The notes: generated by a model not told the origin, from the sequence alone. A DNA stretch of 64,000 nt from Thermoplasmata archaeon (GCA_030038095.1 JASHPK010000048.1:13972-77971); one strand, 5' to 3'; shown: positions 1 through 9,065, numbered from the stretch's first letter. Made by a program: numbers and translations.

Positions 1-414
1 GCTCTTGCGGTACAGGGAGTACTGCTCGGCGAACTCGTCGAGCTGCTTCAGCGCCTCCTTCGCCTCGGGCGTGATCTTCGCCCCACCGTCGTTCTCCTCC
101 GAGAGCGGCCGGATCTGGCTGTACAGCGCGTCGAGCCGGCCCATCACCTCGTCGGTCGGGCGGTAGAACGCGTGGCCCGAGGTCGGCTCGATCAGGCGCA
201 GGATGAGCCGGCCGACGGTCGTCTTGCCGCAGCCGGACTCGCCAACGAGCCCGACGGTCTCGCCCTCGCGGATGTCGAAGGAGACGCCGTCGACCGCCCG
301 CACGTCGCCGATGTGCGAGCTGAACAGCCCGCCGCGGATGGGGAAGTATTTCCGAACGTTCCGAGCCGAGATCACGACGGGCGACGAATCGCTCGCCAAG
401 CCGGGAATCGCCAA
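1..414 (-). CDS. Peptide ABC transporter ATP-binding protein, OppF/DppF type (partial; 3' end lies beyond the window start)
   Basis: Own minus-strand translation: [80 protein letters not shown]... (Walker A GESGCGKT). Open-ended, so absent from the ORF track. Start assumed at TTG 414 with GGGAG just upstream; GTG 375 is an alternative. Confidence 0.8.
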   Translation of the reverse strand, partial: MAIPGLASDSSPVVISARNVRKYFPIRGGLFSSHIGDVRAVDGVSFDIREGETVGLVGESGCGKTTVGRLILRLIEPTSGHAFYRPTDEVMGRLDALYSQIRPLSEENDGGAKITPEAKEALKQLDEFAEQYSLYRKS

Positions 415-424
415 CGTTGGCTCC

Positions 425-2050
425 CTATTCGGGTGCGACCGGTCCCTTGTATAAATAACAGGCGACGGTGTGCTGGGGTCCCTCCTGGGTCATGGGAGGA
501 CGGGCCTCCTTGCAGACCGGCATCGCGTAGGGACACCGGGGGTGGAAGCGGCATCCGCTCGGCGGGTGGATCAGGTCGGGCACCGACCCCGGGATCGAGC
601 TCAGCTGCTTATCGGGCTGGTCGAGCCGGGGGATGGAGGCGAGGAGCCCCTGGGCGTACGGGTGGAGCGGTCGACGGAAGACGTCGTGGACCGGCCCCTG
701 CTCGACGATCACGCCCGCGTACATCACGCACACGCGGTCGGCGACCTCGGCGATGACGGCGAGGTCGTGGGTGATCAGCAGGATCGCCGTGCCGACGCGG
801 GTCTTCAAGTCGCGCATCAGCTCGAGGATCTGGGCCTGGATGGTAACGTCGAGCGCGGTCGTCGGCTCGTCCGCGATCAGGATGTCCGGTTCGGAGGAGA
901 GCGCCTCGGCGATCATCACCCGCTGCAGCATCCCGCCCGAGAGCTCGTGGGGGAAGCCGCGCGCGACCTGGACCGGGTTCGCGATCGACACGCCCTCCAG
1001 GAGGCGCACCGACCTCCAGAACAGCTCGTCCTTGAGCGGCTTTCCGACCCGGTTCCGGACCCCCCAGAGCCGGTAATAGATGTGGCTCGAACGCTCCCGC
1101 AGCCGCTGGCCCCGGAGCCGGATCCGCGCGATGCGGTTGACCGCCTGGCGCCGCATCTCCTCGAGATAGAGCTCGTTCGTGGCCCGATCGATGAGCATGA
1201 GGCGCCGCTGATGCTGGAGGTATCGACGCTGGGAGCTGCTGAGCCGAAGCCGGCGCAGGGCCCGCTGGACATCCTTCCCGGCGTCCTCGCTCGCCGCGCC
1301 GGCGGCCCGCACGATGTAGAACGCCTGCGCGCCAAAGGAGGCCGAGCCGACGACCTCGCCGAGGTGGTTCGCGGCCTCGCGCATCTCGACGCGATTCTCC
1401 TGGCGCCCGGCCTCGACCAGGGCCTCGATCGCCGGCCGGGCCTCGGCCGCGTCCGGTTTCGCCTTCAGAAGCCCGTCCACGATCTCGGGGCCCCGGTGGA
1501 GGACGAGCACTTCCGACAGCTGGTTGGAGATCGAGAAGACGGGGTTCATCGCCTGGGTCGGCTCCTGGAAGATCATCGAGATCGCGCGGCCCCGCACCGC
1601 GCTCATCCGCTGCATGTTCGAGCGGATCCGCCGGAACGCACGCTTGACCTTCACCCGGTTCGACTTCGGGACGGGGGTGAACTTCGCTTCCTGCTCGAGC
1701 CCGAACAGGAGGTTCGCGTTCCGGTACCGGACCTTCCCCCCGATCACGCGCCCCGGCGGGTCGGAGACGAGGCGGGTCACCGAGAACGCCGTGACGCTCT
1801 TGCCGCATCCGGTCTCGCCGACGAGCCCGAGCGTCTCGCCGCGTCGGATGTGGAGCGTGACCCCGTCCAGCGCCTTGACGACCCCGTCGTAGGTGAAGAA
1901 GTAGGTCTTGAGGTCCTTGACCTCGAGGACGACCTCACCCGGGCCCCCCCGCTCAGGCGCCTTGGCGAGCTCCTCCACGATCGGCTCGACCCTCGGGACC
2001 GCGGTCGGCGCCTCGGGCTCCTCCCTCGGCTGCGGGGTGGCCATCGACAC
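425..2050 (-). CDS. Peptide ABC transporter ATP-binding protein, OppD/DppD type, with a large helical insertion
   Basis: ORF 425..2050. Walker [10 protein letters not shown]-loop MIFQEP, signature LSGGMLQR, Walker [14 protein letters not shown]-loop ITHDL, C-terminal oligopeptide-type Cys motif CRFHPRCPY. 541 aa versus about 330 typical. Confidence 0.9.
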   Translation of the reverse strand: MSMATPQPREEPEAPTAVPRVEPIVEELAKAPERGGPGEVVLEVKDLKTYFFTYDGVVKALDGVTLHIRRGETLGLVGETGCGKSVTAFSVTRLVSDPPGRVIGGKVRYRNANLLFGLEQEAKFTPVPKSNRVKVKRAFRRIRSNMQRMSAVRGRAISMIFQEPTQAMNPVFSISNQLSEVLVLHRGPEIVDGLLKAKPDAAEARPAIEALVEAGRQENRVEMREAANHLGEVVGSASFGAQAFYIVRAAGAASEDAGKDVQRALRRLRLSSSQRRYLQHQRRLMLIDRATNELYLEEMRRQAVNRIARIRLRGQRLRERSSHIYYRLWGVRNRVGKPLKDELFWRSVRLLEGVSIANPVQVARGFPHELSGGMLQRVMIAEALSSEPDILIADEPTTALDVTIQAQILELMRDLKTRVGTAILLITHDLAVIAEVADRVCVMYAGVIVEQGPVHDVFRRPLHPYAQGLLASIPRLDQPDKQLSSIPGSVPDLIHPPSGCRFHPRCPYAMPVCKEARPPMTQEGPQHTVACYLYKGPVAPE

Positions 2051-2059
2051 GATCGCCGT

Positions 2060-3613
2060 TCACCTCCGCAGCCGCGGGTCGAGCGCATCCCGGAGCCCGT
2101 CGGAGAGGAAGTTCACGCTGATCGCGAACAGGAACAGCGCAAGGCCGGGGAAGGCGATCTGCCACCACGGGATGACGCAGCCCGAGGCGAGCTGGCACGT
2201 CAGCAGGAACGACGAGAGCTGGGTGACGCCGAGCGCCGAGATCGAGCCCCACTCGGGGAAGTACAGGCTCGGGAAGATGCTGAATCCGAGGAAGACGAGG
2301 GCCCCGAGGAGGAGGGGAACGGTCCCCACGTCGAGGGACATCTGGATGAAGACCGGGAACAGGCTGTTCGGGATGATATGGCGGCGGACGATGCGGCCGC
2401 TCGACGCCCCGCTCGCCCGGGCCGCCTCGACGTACTTCTGTTCGCGCACCACGAGCACCTGCCCTCGAACGATCCGCGAGTAGAACGGCCACCAGACGAT
2501 GATGAACGCGATGATGAGCAGGAAAATCTTCGTCGTGAACGAGTTGAGCGGAGGGATCCGAGTGACGGTGACGGAGATGGCGGCCACCATCACGAGCACG
2601 AACAGGAGCTGGGGGATCGACAGGAAGATGTCCACGAGCCGCATGAGCGCCTCATCGACCAGGCCGCCGTAGAATCCGGCCACCGCACCGACGAGGAGCC
2701 CGATGAGCGCTCCGGAGCCGACGATCGCCACGGAGATCATCAGCGACCAATCGCTCCCTCGTAACAGTCCGTTGTAGAGATTGTAGAAGTACCCGAGCGA
2801 GCCCTCCTGGGTCAGGGCCCCGAGCGGAAGTGGACCGCCCTTCAACGTCGCGAGGTTGAAGGTCGGCGGGATGACGGAGGCGTAGTTGATCGGGGTCTGG
2901 TAGCAGTTCGGTCCCGGGGCGGCCGACCCCTGCGGGTACGTGCACACGATGGGGAGGGTGGCCGGGCAGAGGTTCGGCGAGGTGTAGTTCATCAGGATGT
3001 ACCACTCCCCTCCCCTCGGCAGGCCAATCTCAGTGAACGTCACGGCGTAGTACTTCGTCGCAGGGGAGGCACTCGCGGGGTGCGAACCTCCGAACGCCCC
3101 CGTCACGGGAGCGCTGGGAGACACGGTCACGGGCAGCGCCTGGAACTTGACCGTCACGCCCACGGCCTTACCGGAAACGATGACACTCCCGAACGGGGGG
3201 GTCGACGAGTATCCCTGGGAGTACGCGATCCAACCGTAGGTGCCGTTCGGCAGACCGGTACCGGCGGGGGAAGAGCTGACGCTGAGGGTGTTCCCCGCCG
3301 AGCTCGTGTTCGTCGGGTTGGATTGGTTCGAGGCGCACTCTTGGGGCATCTGGTACCAGGGGATCGGCGTGGTCAGCGCGTACAGCGCCACCGCCACAAG
3401 GCAAAGGATGATCCCGAGACCGATCAGCGCGAGAGTGTTCCGCCGGAGGAAGTACCAGGTGCGCCGGTATTGCTCGATCCGTGGGCTCGGCCGACGCCGG
3501 CCCCGACGGGCGGCGCGAGCGGGGGTCCCGGGAGTCGGCGAAGGGGCCGGCTCGGGAGGAACCGTCTCCGCGGGGGCCGGGGGAGGCGTCACGGATTCCG
3601 GACTCGCTTCCAT
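2060..3613 (-). CDS. Peptide ABC transporter permease, OppC/DppC type, with ~215-aa extracytoplasmic insertion after TM1
   Basis: ORF 2060..3613. The C-terminal ~230 aa are a typical binding-protein-dependent permease core (YVEAARASGASSGRIVRRHIIPN). An N-terminal TM helix is followed by a Ser/Thr/Pro- and sequon-rich insert. Confidence 0.85.
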   Translation of the reverse strand: MEASPESVTPPPAPAETVPPEPAPSPTPGTPARAARRGRRRPSPRIEQYRRTWYFLRRNTLALIGLGIILCLVAVALYALTTPIPWYQMPQECASNQSNPTNTSSAGNTLSVSSSPAGTGLPNGTYGWIAYSQGYSSTPPFGSVIVSGKAVGVTVKFQALPVTVSPSAPVTGAFGGSHPASASPATKYYAVTFTEIGLPRGGEWYILMNYTSPNLCPATLPIVCTYPQGSAAPGPNCYQTPINYASVIPPTFNLATLKGGPLPLGALTQEGSLGYFYNLYNGLLRGSDWSLMISVAIVGSGALIGLLVGAVAGFYGGLVDEALMRLVDIFLSIPQLLFVLVMVAAISVTVTRIPPLNSFTTKIFLLIIAFIIVWWPFYSRIVRGQVLVVREQKYVEAARASGASSGRIVRRHIIPNSLFPVFIQMSLDVGTVPLLLGALVFLGFSIFPSLYFPEWGSISALGVTQLSSFLLTCQLASGCVIPWWQIAFPGLALFLFAISVNFLSDGLRDALDPRLRR

Positions 3614-3619
3614 CGTTGA

Positions 3620-4855
3620 TCACCCCAATCGGACCCGGGGGTCCAGGTACGCGTAGAGCACGTCCACAATGATGTTCGCGATCACGACGATGTACGTGAA
3701 GAGGAGGGTCGAACCGAACACGAGGCCGAAATCGATGGGGCCGGTACTCGTCTGGACGGCGAGGGCGAGCATCAATCCCACCCCGTTCAGATGGAAGACG
3801 TCCTCGATGACCGGGAAACCCCCGATGAAGAAGGCGAACGTGAGCCCGAGGACGGTGATGGTGACGTTGAGGGAGTTACGGCCGGCGTGACGCTTGATGA
3901 CGGTCCGTTCGGGAACTCCCTCCGCCCGGGCCGTCCGCACGAAATCGAGGTTCATCACCTCGAGCATGCTGTTCCGCACGAAGCGCAGGAGCACGGCGAT
4001 CGAGCCGAACGCGATGACCAGGGCCGGCAGGATCATTCGGATCAACGAATCGATCGCGAGCCAGTACTGGTGGTGGATCACCGCGTCCACCGTCGGGAAT
4101 CCGGTGGGGTGACTCACGATTCCATCGTACAGCCAGGTGGGATAGACGCTGCCCGTGAAACAACCTAACTGGGGCCAGGAGCCGTAGAACTCGAAGAAGG
4201 TCGGCTCTCCCGGGCCCCCGCACCATGGCGTGACGGAGTGATAGTGCGTCGCGGAACCTATCAAAATCACCATGGCGATGAGCACGAGAGAACTCAAGAG
4301 GAACGGAGCGAGCGCGTATCCGGAGAAGGAGATCACCCGCGCGCCCTGATCGATCGGACGGTTGCGGTTCACCGCCGCGAGGTTACCGAACGGAATCGCG
4401 ATGAGGAGGATGATCGCAAGAGAGAGCAGGGCGAGCTCGATGGTGTACGGAAGGAACCAGGAGAGTACGCTCGTTACCGGCTGTCCTTTGATGATGCTGA
4501 TGTCGTTCGCCGCGGTACTATCGTTCCCGACCACGCCCCACTGGAACGTGAGGCTATGTTCCATGTAGATCGCCCACTGGAGGGGGATCGGCTTGTTGAG
4601 ACCCAACTGGTTGAGCAGCTTGTTGTAGAGAGGGTTCGGGCAGTTCGTGGTGCTCGTTGCCGGGCACGACCCTTGCCCCGGCTCGAGATACTGGTTGTAG
4701 ATCCAGGAGGCCCGGAGCGGGGGAGTCCCGTGCGCATCGATGAACCGTTGCTCGACCGGTAGCGAGCTCGTCAGCGCGAAGGTAATCGTCATCACGCCGA
4801 TGATAATGGGGACTAACAGGAACGCGCGGCGGACGATGTAGACCCACATCTGCAT
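3620..4855 (-). CDS. Peptide ABC transporter permease, OppB/DppB type
   Basis: ORF 3620..4855. Classic N-terminus MQMWVYIVRRAFLLVPIIIGVMTITF and EAA region FVRTARAEGVPERTVIKRHAGRN. GGAGGA lies ~7 nt upstream of the ATG. Confidence 0.88.
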   Translation of the reverse strand: MQMWVYIVRRAFLLVPIIIGVMTITFALTSSLPVEQRFIDAHGTPPLRASWIYNQYLEPGQGSCPATSTTNCPNPLYNKLLNQLGLNKPIPLQWAIYMEHSLTFQWGVVGNDSTAANDISIIKGQPVTSVLSWFLPYTIELALLSLAIILLIAIPFGNLAAVNRNRPIDQGARVISFSGYALAPFLLSSLVLIAMVILIGSATHYHSVTPWCGGPGEPTFFEFYGSWPQLGCFTGSVYPTWLYDGIVSHPTGFPTVDAVIHHQYWLAIDSLIRMILPALVIAFGSIAVLLRFVRNSMLEVMNLDFVRTARAEGVPERTVIKRHAGRNSLNVTITVLGLTFAFFIGGFPVIEDVFHLNGVGLMLALAVQTSTGPIDFGLVFGSTLLFTYIVVIANIIVDVLYAYLDPRVRLG

Positions 4856-4889
4856 GGGTTCGTCCTCCGTGAAACGGACGGTCTCCCTC

Positions 4890-4897
4890 TATTTATT
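4890..4897 (-). promoter_or_regulatory. TATA-like box (AATAAATA on minus strand) for the permease/ATPase operon
   Basis: AT-rich octamer in a ~70% GC background, ~38 nt upstream of the oppB-like ATG (4855). This leaves a short 5' UTR that contains GGAGGA. Confidence 0.4.
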
Positions 4898-5052
4898 CAT
4901 TCCAAGAATTCACGCCGTTCCGCCGGAGCTCTCGATGCGGCGAGCTCCGCACCGGTACTGGTCGAGCGGCTCGGAGCAAGTTTGCTTCCAATCAATCCCC
5001 CGGCCCGCAGGTCCCGCCTCCGCGCCCAGGTCAGTCGGGTCCCGTTGAAAGG

Positions 5053-5059
5053 TATATAT
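5053..5059 (+). promoter_or_regulatory. TATA box (TATATAT) for the binding-protein gene
   Basis: Only strongly AT-rich element between 4900 and 5121. It lies ~65 nt upstream of ATG 5122. Confidence 0.45.
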
Positions 5060-5065
5060 CGAGGG

Positions 5066-5075
5066 CTCAGCTGAG
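5066..5075. promoter_or_regulatory. 10-nt perfect palindrome CTCAGCTGAG between the TATA box and the expected TSS
   Basis: Read directly from the sequence. The position (7-16 nt downstream of the TATA box) is typical for an archaeal repressor operator. Confidence 0.3.
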
Positions 5076-5089
5076 GGGAAACGAAGGTT

Positions 5090-5103
5090 GGACCTTCGGG
5101 TCC
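5090..5103 (+). other. GGACC-UUCG-GGUCC tetraloop hairpin in the predicted 5' UTR of the binding-protein mRNA
   Basis: Perfect 5-bp stem with a UUCG loop, read directly. It lies between the predicted TSS (~5083) and ATG 5122. Confidence 0.4.
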
Positions 5104-5121
5104 GTAGCACGGAGTTAGGAA

Positions 5122-8100
5122 ATGAGAGCTAGTGGGCGTTTCCGGGCAGCCAGTTTTGCCGCAATCGCGGTCGCCGCGGTCATGGTGTTGAGCATGTTGA
5201 GCGGGGTCACTTCGGCCTCCTTCCTCAGGGGACCGCAGTCTTCGAGTGCATCGACCCCCGTGAGTCACTCAACCGCGGCACCAGTGATCACCACTCAACC
5301 CGCCACGAAGGCCGCGGCCCCGAAACCCGCGACCGCGACGAGCCCCCACCCTGGAACTTTGGATATTTACGAAGCTAACGGAGACGGAACGACCGTCGAT
5401 CCGTCAGCGGCTTACTATACAGTGAATGCCGAGCCGATCTGGAACGTCTACGAGACGTTGATTGCGTACAACGGATCCGATGCGGGCCCGGCGCCCACGA
5501 ACTTTGTGCCGCAGGGCGCGACCTGCGTGCCGGGCTCGACCGAGTGCCTGGCGCAGTTCGGGCAGAACCTCGTCTACAATAACGCGACGGGGGTTCCGAC
5601 GTATTATACGTTCGAGATTGACGGCAACGCGCGCTTCTACGACCCGGCGACGAGCGTGAGCTGGCCGGTCTTCCCGTCGGATGTCGTCTTCTCGCTGGCG
5701 CGGACGCTGGCGTTCGCGGACTACCCGGGCTTTGGTGTCTACAACGGCTGGATCAACGCGCAGGACGTGCTTCCAGCGGGCAACTCGACCTGGGACGGCG
5801 GCCTGCACAGTCCGTACAACAACACGCCGAGCAACATTCTGTCGGCGTTCATCGTGAACGACTCGGCGTACTGCCCGACCTCGACGGTGGTGGTCACGAA
5901 CGGGTGCGTCACGTGGAACGTGAGCGCCTCGGGCCTTGCGTGGCCGTACATCCTGGAGCTGATCGCGGACCCGATGGGAGCGTCGATCCAGTCGTGCGGC
6001 TGGGCGACGAACATCGAGGGCGGCGCGAACGATGGAGCGCCCGACTTTGCGGGGACGACGGCGGCGAACGGGGACGGACCGTGCACACTCCCCGGTGGCT
6101 ACACGTCGAGCACGCAATCGATCAGCGGAGTGACGTACAGCCAGTATGTGGCGAGCCTCGCTCCGACGAGCTGGGACGCGTATGAGTTGCTGGGCGGGAA
6201 CTATCCGAGCCCACAAGCGAACCTGCAGTGGAACATGGTGGGGTCGGGTCCGTATTACAACCTGAACCCGGTGAACCCGAGCTCGGGGTATTTCCTGCGG
6301 GCGAACCCGGCGTATGCGGCGCCGCAGGGCTGTGCGGGCCAGATCGGCTGCCTGCCGCTCCCCGGCCACTACGAGGGGACGGCGAACATCTACTGGAGCA
6401 GCTCCGACACGCCTGGCCTGGAAGAGATGTCCGCGGGCTACGCCGACACGGCCGGATTCTTCCCGACCGACGTGGCGGAAGTCAAGTCCATCGTCAGCCA
6501 GGGTAACTACGCCCTCGAGACCGGGATCCCAACGATCTCGATCTACTTCGACCCGATCCAGCTGAACTTCAGCCTCACGGCGCTGAAGGCGCAGGACACG
6601 GTCGGCGGCATCAACGTGCCGGGCGACTTCCTGAGCAATGTCGGTCTGCGGGAGTTCCTGGTGAATGCGTTCCCGTATGCGACGGACGAGGCGACGATCC
6701 AGACGATCGACGGGGTGGAGTTCGGGGAGCACTACGGCGGGATGATCCCGATCGGGATGGGCAATTACTACCCGACGAACATCAGCTGGCCGGGAGGCAA
6801 CCCGGTCTCGAACCCGTCCACTCCGGGCAATGTGAGCTGGTGGTGGACGCAGCTCACGACTTCGAGCTCGCCGTGGTATGACCCGACGTTCGCGGCGTGC
6901 ACGTCGAGTTCGCCGTGCAAGTTCCCGTTCGTGGGGATCATCGAGGGTCCGACGGTCGGCCTCTCGGAGGACAACTGGATCGCCTCGATCGAGAGCCTCA
7001 CGGGCGATGCGGTGCAGCCGTACCAGTACAACATCCACGCAGAGATTCTGGCCGAGAACGTCGGACTTGCACCGGGCCAGGGGAACATGCCGATCTACAG
7101 CTACGGCTGGGCTCCGGACTATCCAGACCCGACCGATTACCTCGGCCCGATGTACTATCCGGACGCCACCTACACCTATGTCGACGCGACGTACGAGCAG
7201 ATGGTGCTGCAGCCGGCATACAACAACCCGACGGCGTGCGGGCACACGACGATCGACCCGTACACGAGCAACTACACCTGGGCGTGGAACAACCTCACGT
7301 ACTGGGCGAGCGGCTCGGGTGGCCTCGACGGAGTCGGCGTGGCGGACCAGTGCCAGGGGATCGCGTACATGTCCATGGTCGACTTCATGGAGTATGCGGG
7401 CCACCTGTCGAACCTCGTCCAGCGGGGTCTGATCTTCAACGTGGCGGAGTTCATCGCGAACGAGCTGGCCCTCTACATGTATTGGGACCAGGCGCTCGGC
7501 GTGGTTGACTACGGCATCTGGATCAACCCGGCAGGGATCAACACCAACGTCATGATCGGCGGGGGTGCGGACCAGCTCTGGGCGTTCTGGACGTACAGCT
7601 CGAACTTCTTTGACGCGTCGTTCACCGAGACGGGTCTCCCGACGGGGACGTCCTGGTCGGTGACGGTCGGAGGAGTCGGCACGGCGAGCAGTGTGGGGTC
7701 GACGATCTCCTTCTCGGGGATCCCGAACGGGACGTATCCGTACTCGGTGGCGTTCATCGCGACCTACGCGGTCGCCCCGGCGAGCGGGACGATCACGATC
7801 AAGGGCGCGGATGTCGCGACGGGCGTGACGTTCAGCGCGCTGACGGGGACCCCGGTGGCGGTGACGTTCGCTGAGGTGGGTCTCGTCTCAGGCACGAACT
7901 GGACGCTGACGATCACGAATGTCGGCGCCTATTCGGGGAACAACTCGTCGGCCACGTTCGCCTTACCGCCCGGGACGTATTCGTATAGCGCGTCGACGGT
8001 CGGCGGATACACGCCGCCCTCGCCCGGATCGGTCACGGTGAGCACCTCGCCGATCACGACCGTGCTCATGTACACGGGCGTGTTGTTCGCGACGTATCCG

Positions 8101-9015
8101 ATCACGTTCACGTCCTCGGGACTGCCTACGGGCCAGACCTGGGGCGCGGTGGTGAACGGGTATACGGGATACTCGTCGAACGACACGAACACGTTCTACC
8201 AGAGGAACGGAACGTTCTCGTGGTCGATCCCGGCGATCCCGGGTCTCATGGCGACGCCGAGTAGCGGCGTCGTCACGGTGACGGGAGCGAGCCAGAGCGT
8301 GGCGGTCTCCTGGACGATCGTGGGAGTCCACTACGAGGTCACGTTCGTCGAGGGCGGTCTCCCGACGGGCACCTCGTGGACCGTGAACATCAACGGGCGG
8401 GCCATCCCGTCGACCCAGGCGTATGTGGTGGCGCTCGTGGTGAACGGCACGTTCTCCTGGACCGTGAACCCCATCTCCGGTTACGTCGCGACACCGCTTT
8501 CGGGGACGGTCGTGGTCTCGGGTGCGAGCCCGGCTTCGATCGCGATCAACTTCGCCCCACCAGTACCGACGTACAACGTGGTGTTCACGGCATCGGGGGC
8601 GTCGATCCCGGCGTGGGTCCTGTTCATCAACGGGGCGACGTACTCGGTGAGCGCGAGCTCGTCGACGACCATCACGTTGCCGGCGGGCACCTACAACTGG
8701 GGCGTGACGGTCCCGGCGGGCTATTACGCGACGCCCGCGGGCGGCTTGCTGACGGTGACGACCTCGGGCGCTTCCCAGTCGTTCACCGTCACGGCGACGA
8801 CGAGCTCGACCACAACGAGCGGCCTTAACCCGACGACCGGACTCAGCACGCTCGCCTACGCGCTGATCGGGATCTTCGTGCTGCTCACCGTGGTCTTCCT
8901 CGTGACCACCCTGATGGCGCGCCGCCGACCCCCGTCCAACCCGCCGCAGAGCTGGTCGCCCGGGACCGAGGGCAAGGAGGGAGGGGACAGCCAGTCTCCC
9001 CCCCCGTCGTCCTAG
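5122..9015 (+). CDS. Family-5 (peptide/nickel) ABC substrate-binding protein fused to five beta-sandwich repeats, with a C-terminal TM anchor and Pro-rich tail
   Basis: ORF 5122..9015 (1297 aa). Has an N-terminal signal peptide and an SBP_bac_5-like core (YYTVNAEPIWNVYETLIAYNG..., GSGPYY...). Tandem repeats span aa ~831-1226. TM helix LSTLAYALIGIFVLLTVVFLVTTLM is followed by ARRRPP. Many N-x-S/T sequons. Confidence 0.9.
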   Translation: MRASGRFRAASFAAIAVAAVMVLSMLSGVTSASFLRGPQSSSASTPVSHSTAAPVITTQPATKAAAPKPATATSPHPGTLDIYEANGDGTTVDPSAAYYTVNAEPIWNVYETLIAYNGSDAGPAPTNFVPQGATCVPGSTECLAQFGQNLVYNNATGVPTYYTFEIDGNARFYDPATSVSWPVFPSDVVFSLARTLAFADYPGFGVYNGWINAQDVLPAGNSTWDGGLHSPYNNTPSNILSAFIVNDSAYCPTSTVVVTNGCVTWNVSASGLAWPYILELIADPMGASIQSCGWATNIEGGANDGAPDFAGTTAANGDGPCTLPGGYTSSTQSISGVTYSQYVASLAPTSWDAYELLGGNYPSPQANLQWNMVGSGPYYNLNPVNPSSGYFLRANPAYAAPQGCAGQIGCLPLPGHYEGTANIYWSSSDTPGLEEMSAGYADTAGFFPTDVAEVKSIVSQGNYALETGIPTISIYFDPIQLNFSLTALKAQDTVGGINVPGDFLSNVGLREFLVNAFPYATDEATIQTIDGVEFGEHYGGMIPIGMGNYYPTNISWPGGNPVSNPSTPGNVSWWWTQLTTSSSPWYDPTFAACTSSSPCKFPFVGIIEGPTVGLSEDNWIASIESLTGDAVQPYQYNIHAEILAENVGLAPGQGNMPIYSYGWAPDYPDPTDYLGPMYYPDATYTYVDATYEQMVLQPAYNNPTACGHTTIDPYTSNYTWAWNNLTYWASGSGGLDGVGVADQCQGIAYMSMVDFMEYAGHLSNLVQRGLIFNVAEFIANELALYMYWDQALGVVDYGIWINPAGINTNVMIGGGADQLWAFWTYSSNFFDASFTETGLPTGTSWSVTVGGVGTASSVGSTISFSGIPNGTYPYSVAFIATYAVAPASGTITIKGADVATGVTFSALTGTPVAVTFAEVGLVSGTNWTLTITNVGAYSGNNSSATFALPPGTYSYSASTVGGYTPPSPGSVTVSTSPITTVLMYTGVLFATYPITFTSSGLPTGQTWGAVVNGYTGYSSNDTNTFYQRNGTFSWSIPAIPGLMATPSSGVVTVTGASQSVAVSWTIVGVHYEVTFVEGGLPTGTSWTVNINGRAIPSTQAYVVALVVNGTFSWTVNPISGYVATPLSGTVVVSGASPASIAINFAPPVPTYNVVFTASGASIPAWVLFINGATYSVSASSSTTITLPAGTYNWGVTVPAGYYATPAGGLLTVTTSGASQSFTVTATTSSTTTSGLNPTTGLSTLAYALIGIFVLLTVVFLVTTLMARRRPPSNPPQSWSPGTEGKEGGDSQSPPPSS
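7612..8800 (+). repeat. Five tandem ~80-aa (237-240 nt) protein repeats with signature Y-x-V-T-F-x-E-x-G-L-P-x-G-T-x-W
   Basis: Repeat units begin near 7612, 7855, 8095, 8332 and 8572: SFTETGLPTGTSWSV, VAVTFAEVGLVSGTNWTL, YPITFTSSGLPTGQTWGA, YEVTFVEGGLPTGTSWTV, YNVVFTASGASIPAWVLF. Each ends with a GTY/GTF...SG.V.V motif. Confidence 0.85.
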
Positions 9016-9044
9016 ATCGGGAGCGTCCCCGCTAGGTCCAACCC

Positions 9045-9065
9045 CTTCCTCCTTTTCTTTTTCTA
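9045..9065 (+). terminator. Pyrimidine/oligo-T tract (CTTCCTCCTTTTCTTTTTCT) downstream of the binding-protein gene
   Basis: T4 and T5 runs 30-50 nt after stop codon 9013-9015. Archaeal terminators are typically oligo-T. Confidence 0.45.

Noticed and set aside
470-2764. 764-aa plus-strand ORF across the ABC ATPase/permease genes, plus other overlapping ORFs in 172-2492
   Set aside because: Antisense or alternate frame to the OppD- and OppC-like genes, which carry unmistakable ABC motifs. The composition is Arg/Asp/Gly/Pro-dominated.
4854-5048. 64-aa plus-strand ORF in the divergent ABC control region
   Set aside because: It starts inside the oppB-like start region and has poor third-position G/C bias. 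It contains the TATA-like and inverted-repeat elements and is better explained as regulatory DNA.
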